Assembly (NCBI GenBank): GCA_965262735.1
Contig: CBDHFS010000002.1
Coordinates: 2,034,802 to 2,098,801, forward strand
Direction of reading: 5' to 3'
DNA from: Dehalococcoidia bacterium
GTDB taxonomy: Bacteria; Chloroflexota; Dehalococcoidia; Lucifugimonadales; UBA3495
DNA length: 64,000 nucleotides
Position numbers and translations under genes: made by a program
Notes under the pieces: generated by a model
What the model saw: only the letters and a program-made list of their open reading frames with translations
Told to the model about the DNA's origin: nothing
Database searches by the model: none
Shown here: positions 47,172-56,057 of the stretch, piece after piece
Layout: each line of letters opens with the position of its first letter
Numbering within the stretch: the first letter of the stretch is position 1

Positions 47172-48347
47172 TTACCCCCGGCGCTGCCGCCGCCGCTTCA
47201 ACTCATCCAGGTCCAACACCCATTTTAGTTGCTCGTCTTTGGCGGCCTCGGCCCGCCAGCCTGGTTGGAGTCTCTCGGCGGTTTCCAGGTATTGGAGCGC
47301 CTCGTCCAGCCGTCCCAGTCTGGAGCATAGGCGCGCTGCGTTGAAGTAGGCCACCGAAAACCTGGGCATCGCCTGCATCGCCGCCGCGTATTCCCGCATC
47401 GCCCCATCATCATCGCCCAACGCCTCCAGCGCCGCGCCCCGGTTGCTGAAAACCTCGGCGAAGTCCGGCTGCAAAGCCAGCGCCTTTTCGTAGTCCTGCA
47501 AAGCCCGGCGGTAATCGCCCAGCGCATCGAACCCCAGCCCCCGGTTGTTCCATGCCTCGGCATCCTCGGGCCGCAGGGCAATCACCTGGGAGTAATCGTC
47601 CACGGCCTCTTCGACATGCCCCAGATGGTAGCGGGTGCGGGCCCGGTTGAACCAGGCATTGGCGTTGTCCGGGTCCAGGAGGACGGCCCGGCTGTAATCG
47701 CCGATGGCGGCTTTGTGCTCGGAAAGTTCGTCCAGCGACGCCCCCCGGTTCAGGAAGGCATTGGACAGGTCTGGCCTCATTCCGATAACCAGGTCGAACT
47801 GCGCCACCGCTTCTTCGTGCCAACCCAGCTTGCCCAGCACGACGCCCCGGTTGTAGTGCGCCCGCAGAAAGCCGGGGTCGAGATTGATTGCCGCAGAGTA
47901 ATCGGACACCGCCCTTTCGCCCTGGCCCAGGTCGTCGTGGGCGTTGCCCCGCTGATAGTAGACCTGCGGCAGCGCGGCGTCCGATTCTTGCAGCCGGTCG
48001 AGCGCCAGGTCGAAATGCTGCACGGCTTCATCGGGCCGCCGCAACCTCATGCAGCACAGGCCCAGGTTGAATCGGGCCGCGGAATTGCTCTCGTCCGCTT
48101 CCAGCAACCCCGTGTATACCTCCGCCGCATCGTGGTGCCGGCCCACTGCGAAGCAGGCGTTGCCATATACCAGGCCCCGGCCCGCTTCCGGGAGGGGTCC
48201 CAGGGAATCCAGCATATCCAGCGCCCGTTCCTTGTTGACGCCGGTCAGGCCGGCCCCCCGGGGAGGCGGGGTGACGTAGGAGTCGCCGATCCCGCTCTCG
48301 ACCAGCAGTTCGGCCAATCGTTGATGAAGGTCATATAATGGTTGCAT
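47172..48347 (-). CDS. tetratricopeptide (TPR) repeat protein
   Basis: Repeated A..Y..A..L.P....A..N.G motifs throughout 391 aa. Confidence 0.85.
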   Translation of the reverse strand: MQPLYDLHQRLAELLVESGIGDSYVTPPPRGAGLTGVNKERALDMLDSLGPLPEAGRGLVYGNACFAVGRHHDAAEVYTGLLEADESNSAARFNLGLCCMRLRRPDEAVQHFDLALDRLQESDAALPQVYYQRGNAHDDLGQGERAVSDYSAAINLDPGFLRAHYNRGVVLGKLGWHEEAVAQFDLVIGMRPDLSNAFLNRGASLDELSEHKAAIGDYSRAVLLDPDNANAWFNRARTRYHLGHVEEAVDDYSQVIALRPEDAEAWNNRGLGFDALGDYRRALQDYEKALALQPDFAEVFSNRGAALEALGDDDGAMREYAAAMQAMPRFSVAYFNAARLCSRLGRLDEALQYLETAERLQPGWRAEAAKDEQLKWVLDLDELKRRRQRRG

Positions 48348-48388
48348 CGCCGGTTCGCTCGCTCGCTGTGCTGGTTCCGTCGTCCGCC

Positions 48389-48937
48389 TTACAGGGTGGA
48401 AACCCGGCCCCCGCCCATTTCCGGTTTCAATGCGTTCTGGGCGACGGCCAGGGCGGTGTAGTAGGCAATCGTCAATGTGAGGTCAACCACGCCCGTAACG
48501 CCGAGCAAGTCCTGGGCGGCGGCAAAGGTCTCATCGGAAACCTCTTTGTCCCGCAGCGATTCTTGCACAAACCGGGCGATGACAACCTCGCCGCCGCTGA
48601 GACCTTCCGGCGCCTGCCAGGTGCGGATGCTTTCGATGGCGCCGTCGCTGATGCCTGCCCGCGCCGCCGCTACCGAGTGCCCAGTCCACTCGATGCCGCT
48701 ATTCCACTCGCGCGCGACCAGGATAATCGCCAACTCCTTCAGCGCGTCGGGCATCGCGCTCTGGAACCGGAGCTGCGCTCCCATGGACGTCAAGTGTCCC
48801 GCCGCCTGCGGACTGTTGAGCAAGGCGCGGAACTGCAACCCAACCTCGTCGGTGTTCCGGTCCTGCCTTATTTGGTCGTAGATGCGCTGTCCGTCTGCAT
48901 CCAACTCTTCTCTCGAAACATAGGGAACTCTCGCCAT
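48389..48937 (-). CDS. carboxymuconolactone decarboxylase (CMD/AhpD-like) family protein
   Basis: MARVPYVSREELDADGQRIYDQI..., paralog of 16222-16770. Confidence 0.65.
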   Translation of the reverse strand: MARVPYVSREELDADGQRIYDQIRQDRNTDEVGLQFRALLNSPQAAGHLTSMGAQLRFQSAMPDALKELAIILVAREWNSGIEWTGHSVAAARAGISDGAIESIRTWQAPEGLSGGEVVIARFVQESLRDKEVSDETFAAAQDLLGVTGVVDLTLTIAYYTALAVAQNALKPEMGGGRVSTL

Positions 48938-49034
48938 ATCATCACCTTTCACTCGGCTTTCGGCCAGTTCCGGCCCAACGGCCGCCTATAGAATATCACG
49001 GCGGCAGGCGGCAGGCGACAGGGAAACGTCACCA

Positions 49035-49192
49035 GTAACAGTTCAGAGTTAGGGAGGTGAATTGTTTTCAGGCAAGGCTTTCAGGCAACTGCCAATTCTT
49101 TCCAGGGGGTTTGGGGGATGCATCCCCCAACGTAACCCAACCCCCATATTCCGCCATCGCCCCCTCTCATCCCCTCAACACCGAACAGTTAT
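49035..49192 (+). mobile_element. MITE copy E (diverged, degenerate right end cagttat)
   Basis: gtaacagttcagagttagg...ccgaacagttat. Shares an extra aaggctttca insertion with copy F. Confidence 0.75.
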
Positions 49193-49273
49193 GTCAAGGC
49201 AATCGTATTATAACTTCGGCGCGTTGGGGGATAATCGGAGGTTGCGGGGAAACACAGGAGGCGGGAGCAGCAA

Positions 49274-49978
49274 TCAGTCGGTGTGGAGGTCCCTTTCCGT
49301 CAACTGGAACCAGTGGACCGTCCCATCGTTGACCAGGGGCTGGACATGGTGGGTGTTGCGGAGGCTGGAGATGACCGCGTGGGCCGGGCGGTCGGTGAAC
49401 TGCTGCATGAACTGGCAGTTGCGCAACACCCGGTCGGTGTCGCGCTCGTCGGCGGTGTATGAGGCTTCCATCGCAACGTACTGGAGGCTGCCATCATCGC
49501 CGGTAACCTCCATGATGAGGTCAGCCCGGAAGAAGCTGCGGAGACTGGCTCCGGCGATGCCGGTGGTGTGGCTGCGGTTGGCCAGGTTGTTCAGGTCGTT
49601 CTTGGTGAGCATTCTGACGAGAGTGAAACCAAGCTGGTCAAGGATGTCCTGATGGCGGTCCCAGGCAGCGCGTCCAACGAGGTCTCCCTTGAGAATCCCC
49701 ATGTCATCAAGCATGCGTTGGTTGAACTCCCGCTGCTCGCCGTTGAACTGTTCCTCCCTGACGTTGATCTCCTTCAGCTCGGCGACTGATTCCCTGAGCT
49801 CGGCGATTGAGTCCCGGAACTCAGTGTTCGCCTCTCGCTGCTCCTCAACGAAGGCATTGAACCGCACCGGCAGCATCAGCAGTTCTTCGCCCAGTATCTG
49901 GGCGCGAACAGCTGCCTTCCATTCGGGGTGTTCCGTCAGGGCGTGCAGAAAGTCGGATTCCGTGTTGATTGTGGTCAT
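49274..49978 (-). CDS. coiled-coil protein with conserved C-terminal domain, paralog 2
   Basis: MTTINTESDFLHALTEHPEWKAAVRAQILGEELLMLP... The upstream ~65 bp is also shared with paralog 1. Confidence 0.6.
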   Translation of the reverse strand: MTTINTESDFLHALTEHPEWKAAVRAQILGEELLMLPVRFNAFVEEQREANTEFRDSIAELRESVAELKEINVREEQFNGEQREFNQRMLDDMGILKGDLVGRAAWDRHQDILDQLGFTLVRMLTKNDLNNLANRSHTTGIAGASLRSFFRADLIMEVTGDDGSLQYVAMEASYTADERDTDRVLRNCQFMQQFTDRPAHAVISSLRNTHHVQPLVNDGTVHWFQLTERDLHTD

Positions 49979-50044
49979 ATCTATTCCTTCGTTATGAAAT
50001 TTTATCCGCCTGGGCTTGGACTTGGCAAGGGCGGACCGAAGCCG

Positions 50045-50214
50045 GTAACAGTTCAGACTTGGTGAGATGAATTGGTTTCAGCCAAGGCTTTCATCCAACC
50101 GCCACTTTTTTAGGGGGTTTGGGGCAGGGGGTTTGGATGATTCATCCCCCAACGTAACCCAACCCCCATATTCCGCCATCAGCCACTCCGCTCCCCTCAA
50201 CCCTGAACAGTTAC
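50045..50214 (+). mobile_element. MITE copy F
   Basis: gtaacagttcagacttggtgagatgaattgg...ccctgaacagttac. Confidence 0.85.
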
Positions 50215-50220
50215 CGTCAC

Positions 50221-50766
50221 CAGGGCAATCACGTTTTAAATTGTAACTGCACGACTACTCAGTGTTCTGGCGTCCGTCTCTCAACAAAACCCTGGAAATG
50301 CACTCCATCACTGGAAATAGGGCTGGCTGGATGGACCAGGAGACCCAACGATATGCAAGTGGTGCACAAAAATGCCGGTCATTTGAAAGGATTATCAATT
50401 CCTTTGATACCGGTTATGCCTCGCAGTTAACCCGCGATTCCCCCAACTGACGCCCCGCCTCTTGCCAACCACGGCAACCCTTCCTTACCATAACCCCAGA
50501 CCTGCATGACGCCTCCCAACCCGCCGCGGTCCAGGGGCAAATGACATTAAATGGCATAAAATGACACGATTTCCAGGAGTCCCAACTGGTTTCAGCCGGA
50601 CCCCGCCCACCGTAACCGTTCAGTCTCGAGAGGATATACCGGCTAACCAGGCCAATTTCCAATGCCTGATTTCCAATGGTAGCAAGCGTTTCGAGGGTTT
50701 TTCGAGTAGCAACACGCCATGAGATCGAGTAATTGTCCAGTTACGAATTAAAACGCGATTGCCCTG
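50221..50766. mobile_element. ~550-bp element bounded by 29-bp imperfect inverted repeats (second non-autonomous element type)
   Basis: cagggcaatcacgttttaaattgtaactg (50221-50249) vs the reverse complement of 50738-50766 (26/29 by eye). It contains a copy of the iteron-bearing repeat family. A third copy of the end motif is at 1706-1740. Confidence 0.55.
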
Positions 50767-50976
50767 AAAACGTCACCGGCATCAGGCAATCGCCAGGCTT
50801 TCTTATCCACCGGACCTGCTCAGGGCCAGGAGGACGCCTGGTCACAACAAGCGGCAGATGTTGTGATCCCCCGCTGTTCGTTGAATCTTCAGGCGGCGGC
50901 TCTTACAATTAGGCCACGGCAATGGGGCCGCCGGCGCCCGCCGGAAGCAATCTTGGGCAAATTTGAGGGAGTTATC

Positions 50977-51216
50977 GTGACGCAAGCCAGCCAGGCCGAG
51001 ACCATCATCTACACCCATCCCGACTGCGCCTTTTCCGCGGCGGCCAAAATGGAATACCGGCGCAACAAGACGGCGTACACCGAGGTGGACGTTTCCAAGC
51101 AGCCCGACAAGATTCCCGACCTGCTGGCCCTGACCAACGGGGAAAGAGTCACGCCGGTCATCGTCGAAAACGGTCAGGTCAGCATTGGGTTCAAGGGCGG
51201 CAATTGAGAATTCTAG
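50977..51216 (+). CDS. glutaredoxin-like protein, candidate selenoprotein with Sec three residues from the C-terminus
   Basis: GTG start with a GAGGGA RBS. IIYTHPDCAFSAAAKMEY...VDVS...ERVTPVIVENGQVSIGFKGGN-TGA-GAA-TTC-TAG. As a conventional ORF it would end at 51207. Confidence 0.5.
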
Positions 51217-51218
51217 CC

Positions 51219-51234
51219 GAAGACGGTCGTCTTC
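51219..51234 (+). promoter_or_regulatory. SECIS-like hairpin (alternatively a terminator without a U tract)
   Basis: GAAGAC-GGTC-GTCTTC starts exactly 11 nt after the TGA at 51205-51207. Confidence 0.4.
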
Positions 51235-51425
51235 ACCAATTCAACGCAAGAATACAAGCAAGAGTGCGGTAAGCAGACCCGCCCATCCAACCGTTCTTCC
51301 CGATTCATCCGGGCAATTTGTGAGGACTTTTTTGATGCGAAAAATTACTGACAGTTGGCCGTTGTGAGAGTTTGGGGACCTGTGCTAGGATTCGGCCATC
51401 AAATCGGGGGAGGGAAGGGTTCACC

Positions 51426-52511
51426 ATGCCGACCGACAACAAAGACAAGCTGAATGCCCTGGAAACGGCCCTGAGCCGCATTGAGAAAGACCACGGCAAG
51501 GGCGCCGTGATGCGCCTGGGCGAGGTTGCCCAGAGCCTGGTTACCGATGTTATCCCCACCGGGTCGCTCAGCCTGGACATTGCGCTGGGTGCGGGCGGCA
51601 TCCCCCGGGGCCGCGTGACCGAAATATATGGAGGCGAGTCGGCCGGTAAGTCAACGGTGGCGATTCACATAATGGCTGAGACCCAGCGGTTGGGAGGCAT
51701 CGCCGCCTACATAGACGCCGAACACGCCCTCGACCCCACTTACGCCGCCAACTGCGGCCTGATCCTCGACGACCTGCTGATTTCCCAGCCGGACAGCGCC
51801 GAGCAAGCCCTGGACATTACCGAGCAACTGGTCCGCAGCGGCGCGATAGACACGGTGATAGTGGACAGCGTTGCCGCCCTGGTGCCCCAGGCGGAGATTG
51901 AAGGCGACATGGGAGACACCCACGTCGGCCTCCAGGCCCGGCTCATGTCCCAGGCCCTCCGCAAGCTGACCTCCGCCATTCACCGTTCCAAGACCGCCGT
52001 TGTCTTCATCAACCAACTGCGCGAAAAGGTGGGGGTCGTCTACGGCAGCCCGGAAGTCACGCCGGGGGGCCGCGCCCTGAAGTTCTACAGCTCGGTACGC
52101 ATCGACCTGCGCCGCTCGGAGTCCCTGAAGCAGGGTTCGGAGATTATCGGCAACCGGGTCCGGGCCAGAATCGTCAAGAACAAGATAGCCGCTCCTTTCC
52201 GCGTCGCCGAATTCGACATCATGTTCAACAAGGGCATCAGCAAGATGGGCGACATTCTGGACATCGGGGTTGCTCAGGGCCACGTCCGCAAGGCCGGGTC
52301 GTTCTACTCTTACGGGGATACCCGCCTGGGCCAGGGGCGTGAAGCATCCAAGCAGTTCCTGTCCGAACACCCGGAGATTGCCGACTCGGTGGAAGCCCGC
52401 ATTCGCGGCAACCAGACCACCGATCAAGCGCCATCCAGCAACGGTGCCCATCCCCCGGAAGGGGAATCCGGCGAATCCTTGGCGGCTGCCGGCTCCGAAT
52501 CGGCGGAATAA
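51426..52511 (+). CDS. recA: recombinase RecA
   Basis: [63 protein letters not shown]. Confidence 0.97.
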   Translation: MPTDNKDKLNALETALSRIEKDHGKGAVMRLGEVAQSLVTDVIPTGSLSLDIALGAGGIPRGRVTEIYGGESAGKSTVAIHIMAETQRLGGIAAYIDAEHALDPTYAANCGLILDDLLISQPDSAEQALDITEQLVRSGAIDTVIVDSVAALVPQAEIEGDMGDTHVGLQARLMSQALRKLTSAIHRSKTAVVFINQLREKVGVVYGSPEVTPGGRALKFYSSVRIDLRRSESLKQGSEIIGNRVRARIVKNKIAAPFRVAEFDIMFNKGISKMGDILDIGVAQGHVRKAGSFYSYGDTRLGQGREASKQFLSEHPEIADSVEARIRGNQTTDQAPSSNGAHPPEGESGESLAAAGSESAE

Positions 52512-52564
52512 CGCGCCCGCCCTCCTCGATCCGAGTAACCGTGACGACCCGATCAACTGTCAAA

Positions 52565-53101
52565 ATGGCAAGAGGCGGTGGAGACGCGCCAACCTCCACC
52601 GCCTTTGCCACAGCCAAAGACGCTGCTCTCAGGTTCCTGACCTATCGGTCCCGCAGCGAGGCTGAGGTGCGCCGCCGGCTGTCCGGCAAGTATGCCCCGG
52701 CCACCGTAGAAGCGGTGGTCGAGTCCCTGCTGCGGCAGAATTTGCTCAACGACCTGGGCTTCGCCCGGGAATGGCGCACCAGCCGGGAGCGGTTCCGCCC
52801 CCGCGCCGCCAGTCTGGTGCGGCAGGAACTCCTGCGCAAGGGCGTATCGCCGGAGGTAATACAGGAATCTTTGCAGGAGTTTGACGACGAATCCAACGCG
52901 GCCCGCGCCGCGGCAGGATTGGCCCGACGGTTGGTCGCGCGGGAGGTCACGCAGAGGGAGTTCAAGGGAAAGTTGGCGGCCCACCTGCAACGCAGGGGCT
53001 TCGGGGGAGGCTTGGTCTGGTCAATCGTCGAGCAGCTTTGGGAAGAGCTAGGGGCGGACTCGCTGCACCGCCAGGGCGACGCCAACGACGACCAACGCTA
53101 G
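52565..53101 (+). CDS. recX: recombination regulator RecX
   Basis: ALRFLTYRSRSEAEVRRRL and a three-repeat helical layout, immediately after recA. Confidence 0.85.
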   Translation: MARGGGDAPTSTAFATAKDAALRFLTYRSRSEAEVRRRLSGKYAPATVEAVVESLLRQNLLNDLGFAREWRTSRERFRPRAASLVRQELLRKGVSPEVIQESLQEFDDESNAARAAAGLARRLVAREVTQREFKGKLAAHLQRRGFGGGLVWSIVEQLWEELGADSLHRQGDANDDQR

Positions 53102-53566
53102 GTTCCACAGGCCGAGGCTCCAGGGTCCGGCCAGTGTGCTAATCAAGAACGCTCCGACCACCGCTCCGCCGGCCAGCAGCGCTAGACCCATGCTTCGTTT
53201 TCGGTTGACGACCAGGCCCAGCAATTCCCCGGTGCAGTAGCCCAAGCCCAACCCATACAACCCGCTCACGAAAGGCAAACCTCCGAAGAAGAAGTTGAAC
53301 GCAATCCACAAGATGCCGCCCAACACCGCCAAGGCCAGCGTCACGCCCACGGCCCGGGCGTAGTGGACGGTTCCCACGTCATAGGTCGGCATCCTCTCCG
53401 GCTTCCCACATTCTTTACAGCGGATACCCACGGGGGCCTGCACCATGCAGGAGGGGCAGATTCCCCGTCCGCACCGGCTGCACGACAAACCGGTCTCGGC
53501 GTCCGGGTGCCAGTGGCAGCGGCCCATGACCGTGGGGCCGGAGTTAGTTGGTGAAGGATCTACCAA
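53048..53566 (-). CDS. zinc-ribbon (B-box-like) membrane protein
   Basis: CHWHPDAETGLSCSRCGRGICPSCMVQAPVGIRCKECG, followed by about four hydrophobic helices. Its 3-prime end overlaps the recX 3-prime end. Confidence 0.6.
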   Translation of the reverse strand: MVDPSPTNSGPTVMGRCHWHPDAETGLSCSRCGRGICPSCMVQAPVGIRCKECGKPERMPTYDVGTVHYARAVGVTLALAVLGGILWIAFNFFFGGLPFVSGLYGLGLGYCTGELLGLVVNRKRSMGLALLAGGAVVGAFLISTLAGPWSLGLWNLALVVVGVALAVQRVRP

Positions 53567-53575
53567 TTGTTGCCG

Positions 53576-54256
53576 TCACATCTCATGTAATGCGGGTGTC
53601 CGGTGTACCCAATCGTCGCGGCGGGCCACGTCCCGGTCGTGGAGCAGGCGGTTGACCAGCACGCTGCGCCAGGGCTGTCCTTCGGGACGGGAGACGGTAT
53701 TCCCCAGCGCCCGTTTCAGGATGGTCAACCCCAGCAGGGTAAGGAACAAAACTGCCGTGGCCGCGTGGTCGTCAAAAATGAAGGCCCAAACCGGCAGAGC
53801 CGCCAAGCAGCCGAGCACCCACGCAGCGGAGCTCGTGGTCAATTTCTTGCCTGCCCACGTCACGGCCAAGCACACAACCAACGCCACCGGGTTTACCGAC
53901 AGCAGCGTGCCGGCAACGACCGATATGCCCCGGCCGCCCTGCAACTTCACAAACGGCGACCAGTTGTGGCCGGCAATCGCCAGCGCCGGCGCGATTATCA
54001 GGAGGAAGGAGCCGCGCCCCAACCCAGCCACGTAAATGCCGGCCAGCATTGGCGTAGCCCCTTTTACCAGAATGTCGAAAATCAGCAGCGGAACCACCCA
54101 ATGGCGCCCCGCGTGCTGGGCCAGGTTTGAGCCTCCCACGTTGCCGCTGCCGTACTGCCGAATGTCTATGCCCCGGGCCAGCTTGCCCAGCACGTAGGCC
54201 GTCGGGACTGCGCCCACGAGGTAGGAATAGACGTACAACCCGGCGATTTCCCACAT
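53576..54256 (-). CDS. plsY: glycerol-3-phosphate acyltransferase PlsY
   Basis: YLVGAVPTAYVLGKL..GIDIRQYGSGNVGGSN and a multi-pass membrane profile. Confidence 0.8.
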   Translation of the reverse strand: MWEIAGLYVYSYLVGAVPTAYVLGKLARGIDIRQYGSGNVGGSNLAQHAGRHWVVPLLIFDILVKGATPMLAGIYVAGLGRGSFLLIIAPALAIAGHNWSPFVKLQGGRGISVVAGTLLSVNPVALVVCLAVTWAGKKLTTSSAAWVLGCLAALPVWAFIFDDHAATAVLFLTLLGLTILKRALGNTVSRPEGQPWRSVLVNRLLHDRDVARRDDWVHRTPALHEM

Positions 54257-54265
54257 AAGGAACGG

Positions 54266-55147
54266 TTAAACGGTCCCGGGCGCGTTCCCGGATGGTGCGT
54301 TCCCGGACGGCGCTATCTTTCGGGCCGCTTCCTCCAGCCGTTCCACGGTTTCCATGGGCGGGCCCAGCAGGCCGGGAGGCTGTTCCCCGGTATTGCCCAA
54401 GCCGTGATAGTCGCTGCCGCCGCAGGGAATCAAGCCGTGGCGGTTGGCCGCGTCCAAGAGCCGGGCGATGGTGTCCGGGGCATACATCTGGTAATGCACT
54501 TCCATTCCTACCAACCCGGCGGCCTTTAGGGCGGCGCACTTCTCATCCAGGTCCGGCAGTTGCGCCGGGTGGGCCAGGACAGCGACGCCCCCCACCTTGG
54601 CCAGCATTTGCACGCCTTCCTCGGGGGTCATCTTTTCCCGCTCGGCGTAGGCCAGCCCGTTCCGTCCCAAGTATTCGGCGAAGGGATCCTTGGGTTCCCT
54701 GAAATAACCCTTCTCGACCAAGGCCAGCGCAACGTGGGGACGACCCACGGCGCCGCCCTCGCCGGCGATTTCCTGAACGCGCTCCCATTCGACATACAGG
54801 CCGTACTCCGCCAGCTTCTCGACCATTGCTTTGCCCCGGTCCAGTCGCCCCAGGCGGAAACGGGTGAGAATGTCCTGAAAATCCGCATCTTCTCGGTCAA
54901 AGAAATACCCCAGCATGTGGATCTCATCGCCGGGTATGTCGGTGCTAAGTTCAATGCCCGGGATTATTCTCAGGTCCGGGTACTGCCGGGCCGCGGCGTA
55001 AGCCTCATCCAGCCCGGCGGTGGTGTCGTGGTCGGACACGGACACCACTTTCAACCCCTGCCGGGCCACCAGTCCGATAAGCTCCGCCGGTTCGAGACGC
55101 CCATCCGAGGCGGTGGTATGCAAATGAAGGTCAACGACAGCGCTCAT
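54266..55147 (-). CDS. PHP domain-containing phosphoesterase
   Basis: VDLHLHTTASDGRL, SVSDHDT, GGSDYHG. Confidence 0.85.
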   Translation of the reverse strand: MSAVVDLHLHTTASDGRLEPAELIGLVARQGLKVVSVSDHDTTAGLDEAYAAARQYPDLRIIPGIELSTDIPGDEIHMLGYFFDREDADFQDILTRFRLGRLDRGKAMVEKLAEYGLYVEWERVQEIAGEGGAVGRPHVALALVEKGYFREPKDPFAEYLGRNGLAYAEREKMTPEEGVQMLAKVGGVAVLAHPAQLPDLDEKCAALKAAGLVGMEVHYQMYAPDTIARLLDAANRHGLIPCGGSDYHGLGNTGEQPPGLLGPPMETVERLEEAARKIAPSGNAPSGNAPGTV

Positions 55148-55149
55148 GG

Positions 55150-55920
55150 TTAATCGACCGTCCTGTCAATCCGTTGAATACCCGTAGCTCGGCCTGTTTC
55201 CAGGTCGATATCCAGCAAAACCGAATTCATAATCGAGGGGCCGGTGGCCACGTTCAAGCGTTGCGGCATTCCGGTCAAAAACCGTTCCAAAACATCGCTC
55301 ACGTTGCTGCCGATGACCGAGTTGGTGGGGCCGGTCATCCCAACGTCGCTGAGGTAAGCGGTGCCCTTGGGCAGAATTTTAGCATCCACCGTTCCCACGT
55401 GGGTATGCGTACCCAGCACCGCGCTGACCCGGCCGTCCAGGTACCAACCCAGCCCCTGCTTCTCGGACGTGGCCTCCGCGTGAAAGTCCACGATGATCGC
55501 CCGGGGTTTTTCGGTCGCGGCCACGTCTTCCAGGATGGAGTCGGCAGTTCGAAAAGGGCAGTCCAACGCCGGCATGAAGACCCGGCCCATGAGGTTCATC
55601 ACCATCACGCCGTCGTACACCAGGTAACCCCGCCCTGGCGCGTCCGGGTAATTGGCCGGACGCAGCAGCGGCAGCCCTTCATCCATGTGAGGAATAATTT
55701 CTTTCTGGTCCCAGATATGGTTGCCCGACGTGAGGATGTCCACGCCGTTGTCCAACAGTTCGTAGGCCGTGTCCAGGGTGATGCCGAAGCCGCCAGCAGT
55801 GTTCTCGCCGTTGGCGATTACCAAGTCTATGCCGTACTCTTGCCGCAGGCCCGGCAGAATGCTTTTTATCGTCTGCCGTCCCGGCCTGCCGATAATGTCC
55901 CCGATCATCAAGATACGCAA
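55150..55920 (-). CDS. ymdB: TIGR00282 family metallophosphoesterase (YmdB-like)
   Basis: MRILMIGDIIGRPGR, NGENTAGGFGIT, DFHAEATSEK, immediately downstream of rny. Confidence 0.9.
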   Translation of the reverse strand: MRILMIGDIIGRPGRQTIKSILPGLRQEYGIDLVIANGENTAGGFGITLDTAYELLDNGVDILTSGNHIWDQKEIIPHMDEGLPLLRPANYPDAPGRGYLVYDGVMVMNLMGRVFMPALDCPFRTADSILEDVAATEKPRAIIVDFHAEATSEKQGLGWYLDGRVSAVLGTHTHVGTVDAKILPKGTAYLSDVGMTGPTNSVIGSNVSDVLERFLTGMPQRLNVATGPSIMNSVLLDIDLETGRATGIQRIDRTVD

Positions 55921-56057
55921 GTTACCCCTTCCTGGGTACTCTCAAATTAAAGAGGGTCCAACCCCGGGTAGCTCCGGTCCTGGACCCTCTGGAAGTTCTA
56001 TCCGGTCATTCGCGGCTGTCGGCGCGGAGGGGGTCGTCCGTTGTCCGGCGCGCAGAC

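Larger units (their letters stand above)
49035..50214 (+). mobile_element. composite unit: two direct MITE copies bracketing a protein-coding gene, with one shared 8-bp target duplication
   Basis: cgtcacca at 49027-49034 and again at 50215-50222. MITE E 49035-49192, gene 49274-49978 (minus), MITE F 50045-50214. Confidence 0.75.

Noticed and set aside
50262-50450. 62-aa ORF inside the inverted-repeat element
   Set aside because: No RBS, no recognisable motif, and it lies in repeat-derived low-GC DNA. Likely spurious.
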